Assembly (NCBI GenBank): GCA_004431415.1
Contig: QPMI01000521.1
Span: 62,001-126,000 of the forward strand
Length of the DNA: 64,000 nucleotides
Direction: 5' to 3'
Origin: Cyanophora paradoxa CCMP329
Taxonomy: Eukaryota; Plantae; Glaucophyta
This document shows, piece after piece, positions 22,203-34,891 of the stretch (its first letter is position 1; each line of letters begins with the position of its first letter). A program made the position numbers and the translations under genes. The notes beneath the pieces were generated by a model that searched no databases, had not been told where the DNA came from, and saw only the letters and a program-made list of their open reading frames with translations.

Positions 22203-24154
22203 CTACTTCTTGCGGCGGCCGGTGCGCCGGACCTCGTTCGGGTTGCGCTTGCCGGGCCCCCCGATCATGACGTTGGGCCCGCCCGGCGCCGTCCGCCGCC
22301 CGTCCAGCCCCGCAAGGTACTTCTCGTCGTACGAGGCCAGCGGGTCCGTCCCGTCCCGCTTCCGGCCCCGCAGCAGGTGCTTCCTCTGAAGGAAGACAGG
22401 AGACGTCAAGGACGGAGACAAACGAGAAGAGAGGGAAGCGGGGCGCGCCATGCGGAGCTCGTCCTCGCACAGGATGGGGTCCGCCGCGTTGCGCCCGCCC
22501 TTGGGCAGCGGCAGCGGGAACTGCGCGCAGGAGCATTAGGAGGGCAGGGCAGAAGAGAAAGGGAGGGGGGCGGGGCGGGCCTTCGTTCCGCGGAGGTTGT
22601 AGGGCCTCCGCGAGTTGTAGTAGAGGACCGACCCGTCGCTCGCCACCCGCATCGAGACGCGAACCTGCGGTCCCGCGTGAGAAACAGGATGACTAAGAGG
22701 GAGGGGGGTACGGGCTCGCCAGCGTGGAGTTGCCGCACTTCTCGCAGAACTTGCGCTCCATCTGGTTCGTCACCCTGCGCCCCGGCGGGGGGGTACGTCG
22801 ATTTCGAGCCGGCGGGGGGTACGGGATCGAGCGGCGCGCTTCCAGCATGCGTGGCAGCGGAGGACGAAGCGCTTCAGGTCCGTGACCTGTGGAGGGGGGG
22901 AGGTGAGCCCGGGGGGTACGGAGCTCTGGGAGGGGGGCAGGAGACCTGGAGGCCGTCGAACGAGACGAGCTTCATGCCCATCTGGAGGATCACGTTCTGG
23001 GGGTACACGAAACCGCGTCAGATCCGAAGAGAATTAGGCTCGGGGGTACAGGGGCACCTGCATGGCGTAGTCGGAGGTGATGCAGGCCACCTTGAGGCCG
23101 GCGTCGAGCTCCGAGACGCGCCCGGCGCCCCCGGGCAGCCACGGGTTCGTCTGCGGGTTGGACTGCGTTAGCTAGCTAGCTAGCTGGGCGGATCCAATCA
23201 AACTGGGCGGGTCGCGCGCGCGCGCGCGTACCCCGCCCCAGGTGCCCCGGATGTTGTCCGGCGTGATCCACCCCCCCTCGTCGTCGTCGTCCTCCGCCGC
23301 CGCCGCCTCGCCCTCGCCCTCCTTTGCGCCCTCGGCTTCTCCCTCCTTCGCCTCGCCTTCAGCAGGCGCAGTTGCCGGCGCCGGCGCCGGGTCCGAGGAA
23401 GAGGCCCCCGCCCCGCTCGCCTCCGCCTCCGCCTCCTCCTCGTCCTCGCCCTCCTCCTCCTCGCCCTCTTCGTGTCCGGCGGCCTCCCCTGCGCGCGCCT
23501 CAGCGCTTTCTGCGGGCGATGCGTAGCGCGCGCGCGCACCGCCGGCCTGCGCCTCCTCCTTGCCGTCGTCCCAGTTGTCGCCGCCGCCGTCGCCCCAGCC
23601 CGGCATCGGCGCCGCGCCGCCCGCGCGGGCGCCCTTCTCGGCCGGATCGTCGAGGTTGTACTTGGGCTGCGCGCGCCCCTCAGCCCCGCCCGCGCGCGTA
23701 CACGAACGCGGGGTGGCGCGCACCGGCGGGCGCGGCTCCGTCCGCAGGTGCTCAACGCTGCCGTGCATCTCGCGCTCCAGCGTGTACAGGAGCGCCAGGA
23801 GCCGGAGATCCGTCATAGAGAGGATCGGGAAGTCTCCCGTCTTCTTCGCGAACGCGACGACTGCGGGGCGGCGGCGGGCTCAGCCGCTCCGCGAGGAAGT
23901 CGCGATCGAGGCGGGCGGCGGCGAGCGGGCGGGGCGGGGCGGCCCGTACCGGCCTTCATGGCATCCTCGGATGGCTCGCGGGTCTGCACGTCGACGGGGA
24001 GCAGCGCGAGCTGCCCGCGGGCCTCCTTGTCGCGGACCTCGCCCAGCACCTCGCTCACCGTCACGAGCTTTGCGTTCAGCCGCTCGAGCTTGATGCCCTT
24101 GATGACCGCATTCGCGTCCACCACGATCTGCCGCTGCGGGCTCTCGGCCGCCAT
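22203..24154 (-). CDS. NOB1: 20S pre-rRNA endonuclease NOB1 (PIN + Zn-ribbon), multi-exon
   Basis: IVVDANAVI, EVRD, AKKTGDFPILSMTDLRLLAL, DDEGGWITPDNI, ACITSDYAMQ|NVILQMG, LRCHA, CEKCGNST, GKRNPNE. Confidence 0.93.
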
Positions 24155-24337
24155 CTTGTCCTTGTCCTTGCGCGCTCGAGCCGGGCGATGCGGCTGCAAG
24201 CAAAGGGGCCTAAAGAGGCTGCCGAAGGAGCTCGCTGAGTGCAGCTGGAGCTGGCGCAAACTGGAGCCGCAGCCGCGACCTGTACCCCTCGAGACAGACT
24301 GGCTGCGATCCGAGCAGCGATCGGCCGACCGCACGAG

Positions 24338-27300
24338 ATGGAGATGCGGGTGCACCCGAGCGTGGCGGTGGCGCTGTCCAAAGGCGCCCCCGTCGTGGCG
24401 CTGGAGAGCACGATCGTCTCACACGGTGCGCGAGCTGCGATGCGGAGCCGCGTTCCTGCCTCACGCTCCACAGGCATGCCTTACCCCGAGAACGTGAGGA
24501 CGGCCCGCGAGGGTGCGTGTACGCGCGAGCTAGCGCGGGCGGGGCGGCAGAGCGTGCAGGCGGGTGGCTCGGGACGGAAGCTGATCGCTCCTGCAGTCGA
24601 GGCGGTCGTGCGCGCAGCCGGCGCCGTGCCGGCGACCATCGCAATCCTGGAGGGCGTGATCCACGTAGGTGCTCGAGCCCCGCGCCGCCGCTCGAGCCCG
24701 GGCGCCGGCGACTCTCGCGCGCCCCGCGCAGGCCTCGACGACGAGGCGCTGGAGCGGCTGGGGAAGCTGGGCCACGCCTGCCGCAAGACCTCCCGCCGCG
24801 ACCTCGCCGCCGTCGTCCGCCCCACAGCCCCAGCCCCAGCTCCAGCTCCAGATCTCAGCGTGCTCAGCTTGCGCGCTCGCGCAGGTGGCGAAGCGGATGA
24901 ACGGGGCGACGACCGTGTCGGGTACCATGATTGTGGCCCAGATGGCGCGCCGCCCGGCACCGCCCGGCCCCGCCCTCCTCCATTAAATATTCGCCCCCTG
25001 CTCTTCCTCCTCGCTCACGGCGCCCGCCGGCTGCGTTCGCGATTGCAGGCCGGCATCCGCGTCTTCGTCACGGGCGGCATCGGCGGCGTGCACCGCGGCG
25101 GCGAGCTGAGTGCGCGCGCGCCGGATCCGGATCCGCGTACCCCTCTATCTTTCCCTCCCGAATCTAAGCGCGCCGGCAGCGATGGACGTCTCAGCTGACC
25201 TGACGGAGCTGGGCCAGACCCGCGTCTGCGTCGTCTCCGCAGGCGTAAAGTCCCTACTCGACATACCTCGCACCCTCGAGGCGCGTACCCCCCGCCCCTT
25301 CTTTTCAGTCTCTTTTCGAAGCGGTACCCCCGCAGGTCCTGGAGACGCTGGGGGTACCCGTGGTGGCGTACGGCGCCGACGAGTTCCCCGCCTTCTTCAC
25401 GCGCAAGTCCGGCTGCAAGGTCGGCGGGCCGTACCCCCCTCCCTCGCTTCCCCACCCCTCCCTCCCGCCCGACACCCGCGTAGGCCCCTCTGCGGATGGA
25501 TACCCCCGACGAAGTCGCGCGGTTCCTGCGTGCGCGCGCGTACCCCTGGAGCTTCTTCCCCGTTACCCTTCAAACGCATACCCCCACCCCCAGGGGCCAG
25601 CGACGCCCTCAGGCTAAAGGGCGGCGCCGTCGTCGCGGTACCCATCCCCGCGCAGCACGAGGCGCAGGTGCGCAAGGGGAGCGGGGAAAGGCGAGGGGGG
25701 TACAGTGCGCGCCTCACGGAGCTTCGTTCGCCGCGCAGGGCGCGCAAGTGGAAGCGGCCATCCAGACTGCTCTGCGGGAGGCGGGGTACACAGATTTTGC
25801 ATACTCTCTTCGAATTACACGCGCCCCTAACTGCCGTGCACGTGGGCGCAGCGAGAAGGGGGTCAGCGGGGCGGACGTCACGCCCTTCCTCCTCGACCGG
25901 GTCGCCGGCCTCACGGGCGGCGCCTCCCTCGCCTCCAGTGAGATTTGATCTCGCGGATTCGAGAGATTTGATTCGATCGAATTCGATCTCGCGGATTCGA
26001 TCGCTGACGCCGACGGCGCTTCGTTCGCAGACATCGCGCTGATCAAGCACAACGCCGCCGTGGGCTCCGAGATCGCCAAGGCCTACGCCGCCCTGGGGCC
26101 GGCGCCCGCGCGCACGGCCCACGCGCCGGCCCCTCCGGCGCCTGCGCCCGCGCCATCGATTTCGGAGCCGCCGGCGCGGGGCCCGCTGGCGCTGGGCACG
26201 AAGCCGTGGGAGCGGGGCGGGCCCCCGGGGGGCCGCTACCCCGTCGTCGTCGTGGGCGGCTGCGCCATGGACCTCACCTGCACGGTGCGCGCGTACCCGT
26301 CCCCACCCCTCGCCGGTCCAGCCGCCCAGCCGATGGCTAGCCCAGACGGACGGCCCGCTGGTGAGGGGGACCTCGAACCCCGGTCGCGTCGTCGCGACGC
26401 CGGGGGGCGTGGGGCGGAACATCGCGGAGGCGCTTGCCCGCCTCGGGGTGCAGCCGTTCCTCGTCTCCGCCGTCGGGCGCGACCCGCAGGTCCGCTGGAA
26501 GCTTTGAGAGGGGCCGGGGCCGGGGCCGGGCTGAGGGGGACGTGGCGCAGGGGGACGCCCTTCTGGCCCACGCCAGGGCCCTCCGCATCGTGCGCGTACC
26601 CCTCTTCTTTTCGCTGTACCCCTCGTCTCCGACTCTGCGGCTTCTGCGCCCAGTGCGTGGACGGCGTGCTGAGGCTGGAGCGGCCGGGGAACCTCGCCCT
26701 GCCCCCGCCCGCCGCCGCCGCGGCCGCCGCCGTCGCCGCTGGGGGCGCCAAGGCGCCGCCTGACGCCGGGGGCGACGTCCCGAAGGGGGATACGTCCGCA
26801 TACGTCGCCATCGTGCGCGGCCGTGGCGCCATTGGGATTCGAACCCGGGACCTATCAAATGCTAACGTACCCCCCAGATGTCGGAGCAGGGCGAGATGCT
26901 CGCCGGAATATCGGACGCGCGCGCCATCGGATCGTTGTCCCCCCCTGTGGTCCATTACCCCCCCTCCCCCCCCATTTTCATTACCGGGCCCGCCCTTGGC
27001 CCTTATCCCCCTCTACCCCCAGATCGCCCGGCACCGGTCCCAGATCGCGTCGGCCCGCATGCTGGTAACCCCAGCCGCCCCCCTTTTCTCCCGCTACCCC
27101 CGCCAAACTTCTTCCCCCCTCAGGTGCTGGACGCAAACCTACACGCGGAGTCGCTCGCGTACGCCGCCGGCCTCGCCGCCGCCGCTCGCGTACCCGTCTG
27201 GTGCCCTGCCCTCAGCCTCGGCCTCTGCGGCTTCCCGTTCGATTTGCTAATATTAATGTGCCCCCGGGCAGGTTCGAGCCGGTGTCTGTGGCGAAGGCGG

Positions 27301-28124
27301 TGCGGACGGTGCTGCACGCGCGCGCCGCCCTCGCCCAGTTCAGCTACGTCTCCCCCTCCTACGACGAGGTCCGGTCCCCGGCTCGAATCCCGCCGGCCCC
27401 CTTTCCCCTTTTCGTGACGCTCCCCACCCCAACCCCCCCCCCCCCATTGCAGCTCGTCGCGATGTCCCGGGCCCTAGACGGGGCCTCCTCCGACGACCCC
27501 GAGGGCGTCGTCCCGGGTACCCCGTTCTCTCCTCACTCCATCTCCCTCTGGATCTAAAGCGTACCCCCGCGCCGCTCAGGCCCCGGGTGCGTGGAGGCGG
27601 GGAAGCCGCACGCGGGGCGGCTGCTGGGCGCCGGGGTACGCTGCGTCGTGGCCAAGATGGGCAAGTACGGCATTCTCCTCGCCACCAAGGCCAGCCCCCG
27701 CCGATCACTGTACCCCACGCCCACTGCCGTGACGTCAACGCCTCCTACAGGACGAGAAGACGGGGGCCCCGGTCTTCTCCCACTACCCCGCCTTCCCCGC
27801 CAATGTCGTCAACGTCACCGGCGCCGGTCAGCGCTCTACCCCCTTTCTCCATTCCCCCCCTTCCCCTCTCCTAGGCCTCTGAACGTTTTCGGCGCAGGCG
27901 ACAGCGTCGTGGGGGGTATGGTGGCGGCCCTCGTGGGGGGCGCCCCCCTCGAGGCGGCCGTTGTCGTGGGCCTCAAGGTGCCCCTACCCCCACTCCCCGC
28001 CTTCTCCCCCTTTACCCCCTTAAATGCCCGCGGCCGGGTACAGGCCGCGAAGCTTTCAGTGGAGTGCAGCAGCGCAATCTCCCCCGCCCTCTCCCCCTCC
28101 CTCCTGCCCCGGCCCAAACTCTAG
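24338..28124 (+). CDS. Bifunctional pseudouridine-5'-phosphate glycosidase (PsuG/IndA) and PfkB-type pseudouridine kinase (PsuK), multi-exon
   Basis: PVVALESTIVSHG|MPYPEN, KTSRRDL, GATTVSGTM, FVTGGIGGVHRG, DVSADLTEL, GADVTPFLL, NIALIKHNA. Kinase part: VVGGCAMD, GGVGRNIAE, NVVNVTGA|GDS. Confidence 0.92.
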
Positions 28125-28320
28125 CGGGGTACGTCGTCTCTGCAACAATCGTTGCGTTCTGTTCGAGGGTACATGTATGCTGTTGGAGGATTGCCGGCAG
28201 CCTTAAAGATTAGCCTACGCTATAGCATGCGCAGCGGATGGGGTCGTTGAGCGTGCCGCAGTGCGGCCTTCAGCGGCCGACTGGACGCGGCCGGACCTCC
28301 CGCCCTTCGCTTCTCGCTCA
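28010..28320 (+). repeat. Copy 1 of a ~300-bp imperfect direct repeat
   Basis: Shares taaatgccc..ggccgggtaca, ggccgcgaagct, cccaaact, acgtcgtctctgcaac, gcagcggatggggtcgttg, gcggccgactgg and cttctcgctca with 33000-33299. Confidence 0.9.
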
Positions 28321-28568
28321 TTGAATCAGGCACTGCAGGATCCGGAAAGTCATGATCAGTCATAATCAGCTGCAGTCAGTGGGCCGTATTCAAACGAAGA
28401 AGAAGATGGCCCACACTCTTATAATTTATTCGAATTCAAACTTGAAATTCTCTCTCTTTTCTAGCTCTTCTCTCTTTCATCTCTCTCTTCTATATTCGAA
28501 ATGTTTCGCGAGTTCGCGATGTAGAGCAATATGCAAGCGCATGACAAATTCAGGCCCCTTTCCCCCCT

Positions 28569-28600
28569 AGAATCTTCGCGAAGTTCCCCCACTTTAAATA
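28569..28600 (+). promoter_or_regulatory. Heat-shock element plus TATA-like box of HSP20
   Basis: aGAAtcTTCgcGAAgttcc (alternating nGAAn units) followed by tttaaata, about 90-120 bp before the ATG. Confidence 0.7.
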
Positions 28601-28687
28601 GTCCGAATTCGATTGCCGCGCCACACACATCCAGCCTCAGCGAGCACGCGAATTTACGTCCGCGCGACAATCACAGACACGAGCACG

Positions 28688-30145
28688 ATGGCCCTCGTCC
28701 CGCAGACCCTCTACGGCTTCGATCCCCTCTTCGAGTGCGTCGCGCTGCGCATGCGCGCGGCGCCGGCGCCCGGCGCCTGCTCGGCGCGCTAATTTCCACG
28801 CTGAAGTCGACGCTTTTGTCCCGCGCAGCAAGTGAGCTTGCGACGGAGAGCGCGCGCGCACGTTTTAGCGGCGATTCGATTTCTCACCGCGAATCCGTCG
28901 TTTCTCGCAGCTTCTTCGGCCTTTCCCCCTTCGGCACGCAGTGCGCTGGTCTTGGCGCTTCGCCGAACACGCAATTAATTTTATCGTCCTAATTTCGCGC
29001 CCTCGCGCTGCATCGCGCAGGCGCGGTCGTGGGCAGCCGCAACTGCAGGGAACGACCGAGCAAGGGCTGATCCCGAGCTGGATCGGGCCTGTGGCGAACG
29101 TCGACTGGAACCCGCGCGTCGATCTGTAAGTCGCTTTAAACATCAATCGACCCCTAGATTCAAATTGCCGGCGACGACTCGATTTCTCACCGCGTATCTC
29201 GCCGAATTTCATGAAGGCACGAGTCCGCGACCGACTGGACGATCAAGGCGGAGCTGCCCGGCGTGAAGAAGGTCCGCGAGGCCTCGAGCTGACCTAGTCG
29301 CTCAAGTTCTAGCTCCCGAACCGCCGCGCGCCCCGTTACGCTCTTTGGGGAATTTCAACGATATTTAAATGACGCGCGCGCAGGAGGACATCAACATCGA
29401 TCAGGTATGTATGTATGTATGTAGATTTCTTCTGGCCGAGAATATTTTGGAGCTGACCTTTTATTTGCGCTCACAGGATGGAGACTTGCTGACGCTGTCC
29501 GGGAAGACCAAGGAGGAGAAAGAGGAGAAGAAGGTGCTAATTTCGAAGCTGTCTGTGTTTTCCTGGTCGGGAACTAATTTCCTGGGGCAGGAGGGCGAGT
29601 ACATCCGCCGGGAGCGCCGCTACGGGTCGGTACGTTGACGACGTCGACGTCATTAAAAACAGCAGATCTAGATCGATCGAGCGTGAGAAGAATCGAAATC
29701 TCACCGTGCATAATTCTTGATTATAACCGGCGGGTGCCCGCGCATGCGCGTGTGCATGCGCAGTTCATGCGTCAGTTCCGGCTGCCGGGTCTGCGCGACC
29801 TCCCCAACGACAAGATCGAGGCCCACTACGAACACGTGCGCACCCCCCTTCCCCGCGCACTCTCCCCCGCCCCCCCCCCCCCCCCCCCTCCCCCTCCCCC
29901 TCCCCCTCCCCCTCCCCCTCCCCCCTCCCCTCTTCCTCCTTCCAAACTTGAGACCTCCCCCCCCTTCCCCGCGTCCCCCCCGTCCCCTTCTTTGACGCTG
30001 ACGTTTCGCCGAGGTTTGATTCACGTTTAATTTGGGGTGCGGGCGCGCACTGCGGCAGGGCGTGCTGGACATCAAGGTGCCGAAGACGGAGCGCGGGAAG
30101 CAGGCCCACGGCAAGATCGCCATCAAGGACCGCAAGCTTAAGTGA
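28688..30145 (+). CDS. Small heat-shock protein (HSP20/alpha-crystallin), multi-exon
   Basis: WNPRVDL|HES..WTIKAELPGVKK|EDINID, LTLSGK, YIRRERRYG|SFMRQFRLP, IEAHYEH|GVLDIKVPK. Confidence 0.92.
29864..29931 (+). repeat. Poly-C/(CCCCCT)n tract in an HSP20 intron
   Basis: Read directly from the sequence. Confidence 0.9.
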
Positions 30146-31126
30146 GCGCCCCGCAACCGAGCGGATCAGGTGCGGTCCCGAATATTAATCTCCTGCAATT
30201 TACATAATTAAAAGCGCGGCTTTGATTTGGCCGACGTCGACGTCTGAAATATATTTAAAATTTCTTGCAGTGGACAGCAGAATACTTTTCCAAGCAGAAA
30301 ACATCTCCGACGTCGACTTGTCCGATGAGAGCTTCGTAAAAATTTTTTCTTCGTAGCTAGCTTCGAAGTAGTAATGCCAGTAATTATAATTATAAATACA
30401 CACTTCTGAGCGTTTTCCAGCCTGTCTGAGCGAAACAAAGCCGGCGCTTCGAATTCAGTCTCTAGCTTCGGGCCCGGGGGACGTGGCCCGGCCCCTGCCT
30501 ATGCATATGCGGCTATAAATCCTACCGGATCGATCCGGAGGGTCGGCGGGCGCTCACGATGCGGGGCGCTTGTACATGTGCCGGCCCCAGCGAGAAGCGG
30601 CGCCCCGGGCCTGCTGGGGCACTGCGTGTGTCGGCGCCTCGCTCGCGCACCGCCCCCGAATTCGAAGCTAAAGCCGAATTCGAAGGCCAGGCCGGCTAGC
30701 GCTGCTGCGCATGCAGCTGCGGCTGCTGCGGTGCTCCGATCGCGAACGAAGGCGCCGCCGGAGGCGCCGCCGGCGCACCCCCCTGAACCCACATTAAACG
30801 CCGCGGCCGCCGACGGCGGCCGCGGCCGCGGCTGCTAGCGCTGGGGCGCGTCGAACGCGAATTCGAATGCGGGGGCGGCCGAGGCCTGCAGCAGCTGCTG
30901 CGGGGCCCCGAAGGCGATCGCGAAGAACCCCACGCTGCGCCGCCGGCGGTTGCTGCTGCCCGAATTCGCGATCGAATTCGAAGGCGCCGGCCGGTGCCGC
31001 AGCTGGGGTACGCCGAAGGGGGCTACTTGCAACAAGCAGCAACCCGCCGATCGGATCGACGTCGACGAGCTTCGCAGCGCACTGCGGCAGTTGTGAGCGA
31101 GCCAGGTCGCGCCGTGCATCTCGGGG

Positions 31127-32690
31127 ATGCCCCCGCTCGCGGTGATTTACGAAAACGAAAACGTGAACAACTCGCTTCCAGCACCTCAGCAAGCCGAGAA
31201 AGTGGCGGCGCTTCGGCAGTTTACCTTGAAATTCGACTACAATGGCGCGTATGAGCTCGAGACACCGCGAGAGCCACACGGACTCCACGGACAGCTGCAG
31301 GTCCGCAGCGCCGGCTCGGAGGCGCCGGCTCGGAGCTTCGCGGTCGGGCGGTTCCTGAGCGCGCGCAGGTCGAGATCTTTTCGGGCAAGGGCTTCGAAGG
31401 CACACAGAGTGCGTGTAAACTTAAGCCGGGGCGTACGAATTCGAAGCTTAAGAAACCTCCGGCCCGGATCCACGCGCGCCCGCGGCCGGAGCGGCGCGGT
31501 CCCGCGGATCCGGCCGCCTCTCTGACCTTCCTCGGCGCTCCCCAGATGTGGTGATCCTCTTCAGCGTTGGCGACGATGAGGCGGAGACGCCCGTCGCGGC
31601 GCGGGACCCGCGCGGCTTCTACATCTTCGACCAAGAGCACACATTCGAGATAGAGCCCTCCTCGCATCCGAAGCTCTACCTCAAAGTGTTCGACTTCGAT
31701 ACCCGCAAGCGCGTCGGTGCGCTCGCGCAGCGTGACGCCAGCGTCCGCCTCCGCCGCGGCCGGCGCCTGCAGCTGACCGGCGCCCCCGCGGGATCGAATC
31801 GGCCGTCGACGTCCGGGCGCGCAGGGGCCATCAAGATGGGGTATACGTACTCGCTGCATCCGTGCTGGGCCTGCCGGACGCTGATCATATGAGTTCTTCG
31901 TGCGCAGGTACGAGCGAATGGCGCGGCGGCCCATCCCGCAGGTCGAGCGCTGGATCGAGGTGGCCGGGCCCCGCGAGCCGGGCTCGAGCGTGAGCCCCGC
32001 CGCGGGCGAGCTCCACGTCGCCGTCCGCTTCGTCCACTACCGTGCGTGTTCGTGCACGTGCACGCACGCGTACCCCGGTCGCTCTTGAGCTTGGGCCCGT
32101 GGCTGAGATTCGAATTTGATCCCTGCAGCGGATTCGGCGAACCTCGCCGCGTCGTCCCCCCCCGGCTCCGAGGACCGGTACCCCCTGGAGCCGGAGCCCC
32201 TGAGCCCGGCGGAGACCTCCCGGGCGGCCCCGGCCCCGCCCTCCGCGGCCAAGCCGGGGTACAGCCGGTTCCTGGAGAACCCCTCGAAGATGACGCCGCG
32301 GTCGAGCGGGCTTCTCGACTCGCGGGTGATCTCCCTACCCCCGGCGCCCCCGTTGGGCGCGGAGGAGGAGGAGGAGGGCGGGTGGAGGGGCTGGCTGGCC
32401 CGCCTGGCGTGCATCCCTGCCTCCTGGGCCTGCTGGGGCCCGGACGGGTGCCTCGCGCCCAGCAAGCCCGGGAGGGGTCCGCTGGGCGCGCCCACGCCGC
32501 TCCCCAGGGGCGTCCCCTCCCCCCCCGACACCCCCCGCTCCACCTCGCTGCAGCTCATGAGCTCCCCCCTCAGCTCTTTCAGCTCGTGCGCCCGTACCCC
32601 TCCCGCTCGCGCGGCGCGCAAAGCTGACCTGTACCCGGCATCCGCAGGGGCTCGCTTCCGGCAGCCCGCTTGCCCCGGCTTTCGGGGTAA
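31127..32690 (+). CDS. C2-domain-like protein, multi-exon
   Basis: VRVNLSRG..., VILFSVGDDEAETPV, YIFDQEHTFEI, LYLKVFDFD..KRVG, WIEV...GELHVAVRF follow the C2 beta-sandwich pattern. Confidence 0.6.
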
Positions 32691-32999
32691 GCCGCGAGTT
32701 TCAGGCATATATATGTATACGCGCATATCGATCGCTGGGGTCTTTTTCTGTCATCGTGTGTGCCATCTAGTGTATCTCGCGCCGTTGAGTATAAGTGCCT
32801 CTCTCTTTCATTTAGACTGGTATGTATATTCTGTCGATCTGTACAGATATTAATCATGATATCAATCAGGTCATGCATAGATACGTATACGTAGTCTCCC
32901 TGCACTAGCCCTTCACGTATACGTATGTAATTATCAATTGAATATGACTGCAAGTTTCCTTCGAATTCCCGCCCTCTACATGCGCCCGGGACGGCCGGC

Positions 33000-33299
33000 C
33001 CTTGACCCCCGTAAATGCCCGAGGCCGGGTACATGTATAGGCCGCGAAGCTATCGGCAAATTCTAGCATGCAGCGCCATCTCTTCCGCCTCCCCCTCCCC
33101 CCCCCTCCCCCCCCCTCCCCCCGCCCAAACTTAGTGGGGCACGTCGTCTCTGCAACGGTCGCCGCGTTCTGTACAGGGGTACACGTCTACTGCCGGATCG
33201 GGTCGTCGACGGTCCGGTCTTAGCCGTAGCAGCGGATGGGGTCGTTGCAGCCCTTGGCGGCCGACTGGGCGCGGCCCGCCCGCCCGCCCTTCTCGCTCA
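33000..33299 (+). repeat. Copy 2 of the ~300-bp imperfect direct repeat
   Basis: See 28010-28320. Confidence 0.9.
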
Positions 33300-34891
33300 G
33301 GTACTGTAGGCGCGGGGCCGGTCAGACCACGAAGAAGAAGAAGGGGGGGGGAAGTTTGGGGGGGTACGGCACCTGCTGGTGGTACTCCTCGGCGTAGTAG
33401 AAGTCGGCGGCGGGGAGGACCTCGGTCACGATGGGGCGCGGGAGGGTCTTCTGGTGCGCGTCCCGGCTCTTCTCGATGACCTGGACGAGGGGGGGAGAAG
33501 TGAGGGGGGGGGAAGGGAAGGGGGGTAGAGGGAGCGCACGGTCTTCTGCTCCTCGGTGTAGTAGTAGATGCCCGAGCGGTACTGGGTGCCCACGTCGTTG
33601 CCCTGCGGGAGGGGCGGGCGCTCGGCGCCGGCGCCGAGCGGGCGGAGCGGACGAGGGGCCTGGCGAGGGGTACGGGCGCACGGCGCGGTTCGGGGTGGTC
33701 GGGTCGTGCTTCTGCGGGGGGTACCGGTGGTGGGCGGACGCAGCGGCATGCGGCGGGTGGGGTGGGGGGATTGGGGGTACGCGCGCACGTGCCAGAAGGT
33801 GTCGCAGAGCTGCTCGAGGGTGACCTGCGGATTCGAGCCGGGGGCGGCTGCGATCAGAAACTCGACGTGCCTCTCCGGGGTACGGGGCACGGCGCGCCTG
33901 GCTAGGATCGAACTCCACAAGGACGATCTGAAGGGGGGGCGGGGGCGGCGGTCAGGGCGGGCGCGGCGGGGCGGGGCGGAGCAGGCGGGCGGGGAGGGGA
34001 GGGTCCGGGCGCGCCTCGTTGTGGTTGGTCACGCCCGTGCACACGTCGTTGTAGGTCGGGTTCTTGTTCGTCCCCTGCGAGTAGCCGACCGCTGCGGCGA
34101 AGGGCTCAGGTGAGGAGGAGGAGGCGGCGGCGGGGAGGTGCTCGTACCCGTGCGGATGACGCCGGGTACGCGCTGGAACGCGAGCTCTACGCTCCAGAAG
34201 CAGCCGGCGCCGAACTGGACCACCTGCGCCGGCGCTCGGCGGCGCAGTTGGCGCGCGGGCGGCGGGTGCGCGTACATTGGTGGGGCCCTTCGCGTCCTGC
34301 TGCTTCGCGCCGGGGATGGAGCCGCCCTCCGGCACGCCGTTCTTCACGGAGGCCGCAGTGACGACGGGGCCAACTGCGGGGCGCGCTCGGACGCCGCCGG
34401 AGGAGGGCGCACAGGGCGCGAAACGAATTACCGGGTGCGGGGTTATCGCCGGGAGCCATGCTTCGGGCCGCGGGAGAGCGTCAGGCGCAGCGCACGGGGT
34501 GCACGTGCTCGTGTTATTGGCGGGCGGGCGCACCGGCCAAGGCTGGAGGCAAGAAGACCCCAGATGTCGTTCGCTGCTCGAAAGATAGGTCAAGCGACAT
34601 CCGACGCCCGCGCGCTCGAAGCCGCGCGTGTTCGCTGGAGGGAACAGTCTGGAGCGCACCGGCGCGGATAATGGGGAGCGACTTAAGCGCCTGAAGGTTG
34701 AATTTCGGCGCCGTGATGCGGGCAGGCTGAATGGCCGAGCCGAGGAAGGCGCGGCGGGCCGAGACTGCGGCGGCGCGGGTGGGCGCGGCGAGGGCCTTGC
34801 GAACGGGCTGGCTGGCGAGGCGAGAGAACGGGCTTGTGAACGCCGTTGTGTTGGACTTCACGGAAACGGGGCTCGGGGCGCTGAAACTCAT
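33220..34891 (-). CDS. msrA: Peptide methionine sulfoxide reductase A, plastid-targeted, multi-exon
   Basis: FGAGCFWSVELAFQRVPGV, VGYSQG..NPTYNDVCTG.TNHNE, HDPTT.NR|QGNDVGTQYRSGIY, FYYAEEYHQQ|YL, QSAAKGCNDPIRCYG*. The MSFSAPSP leader is Ser/Ala-rich. Confidence 0.95.

Noticed and set aside
24338-28124. PsuG-PsuK fusion as a novelty
   Set aside because: The bifunctional fusion is already known in many eukaryotes.
29864-29931. G-quadruplex-forming tract as a regulatory element
   Set aside because: C-runs are common in introns across this window, and homopolymer lengths are unreliable.
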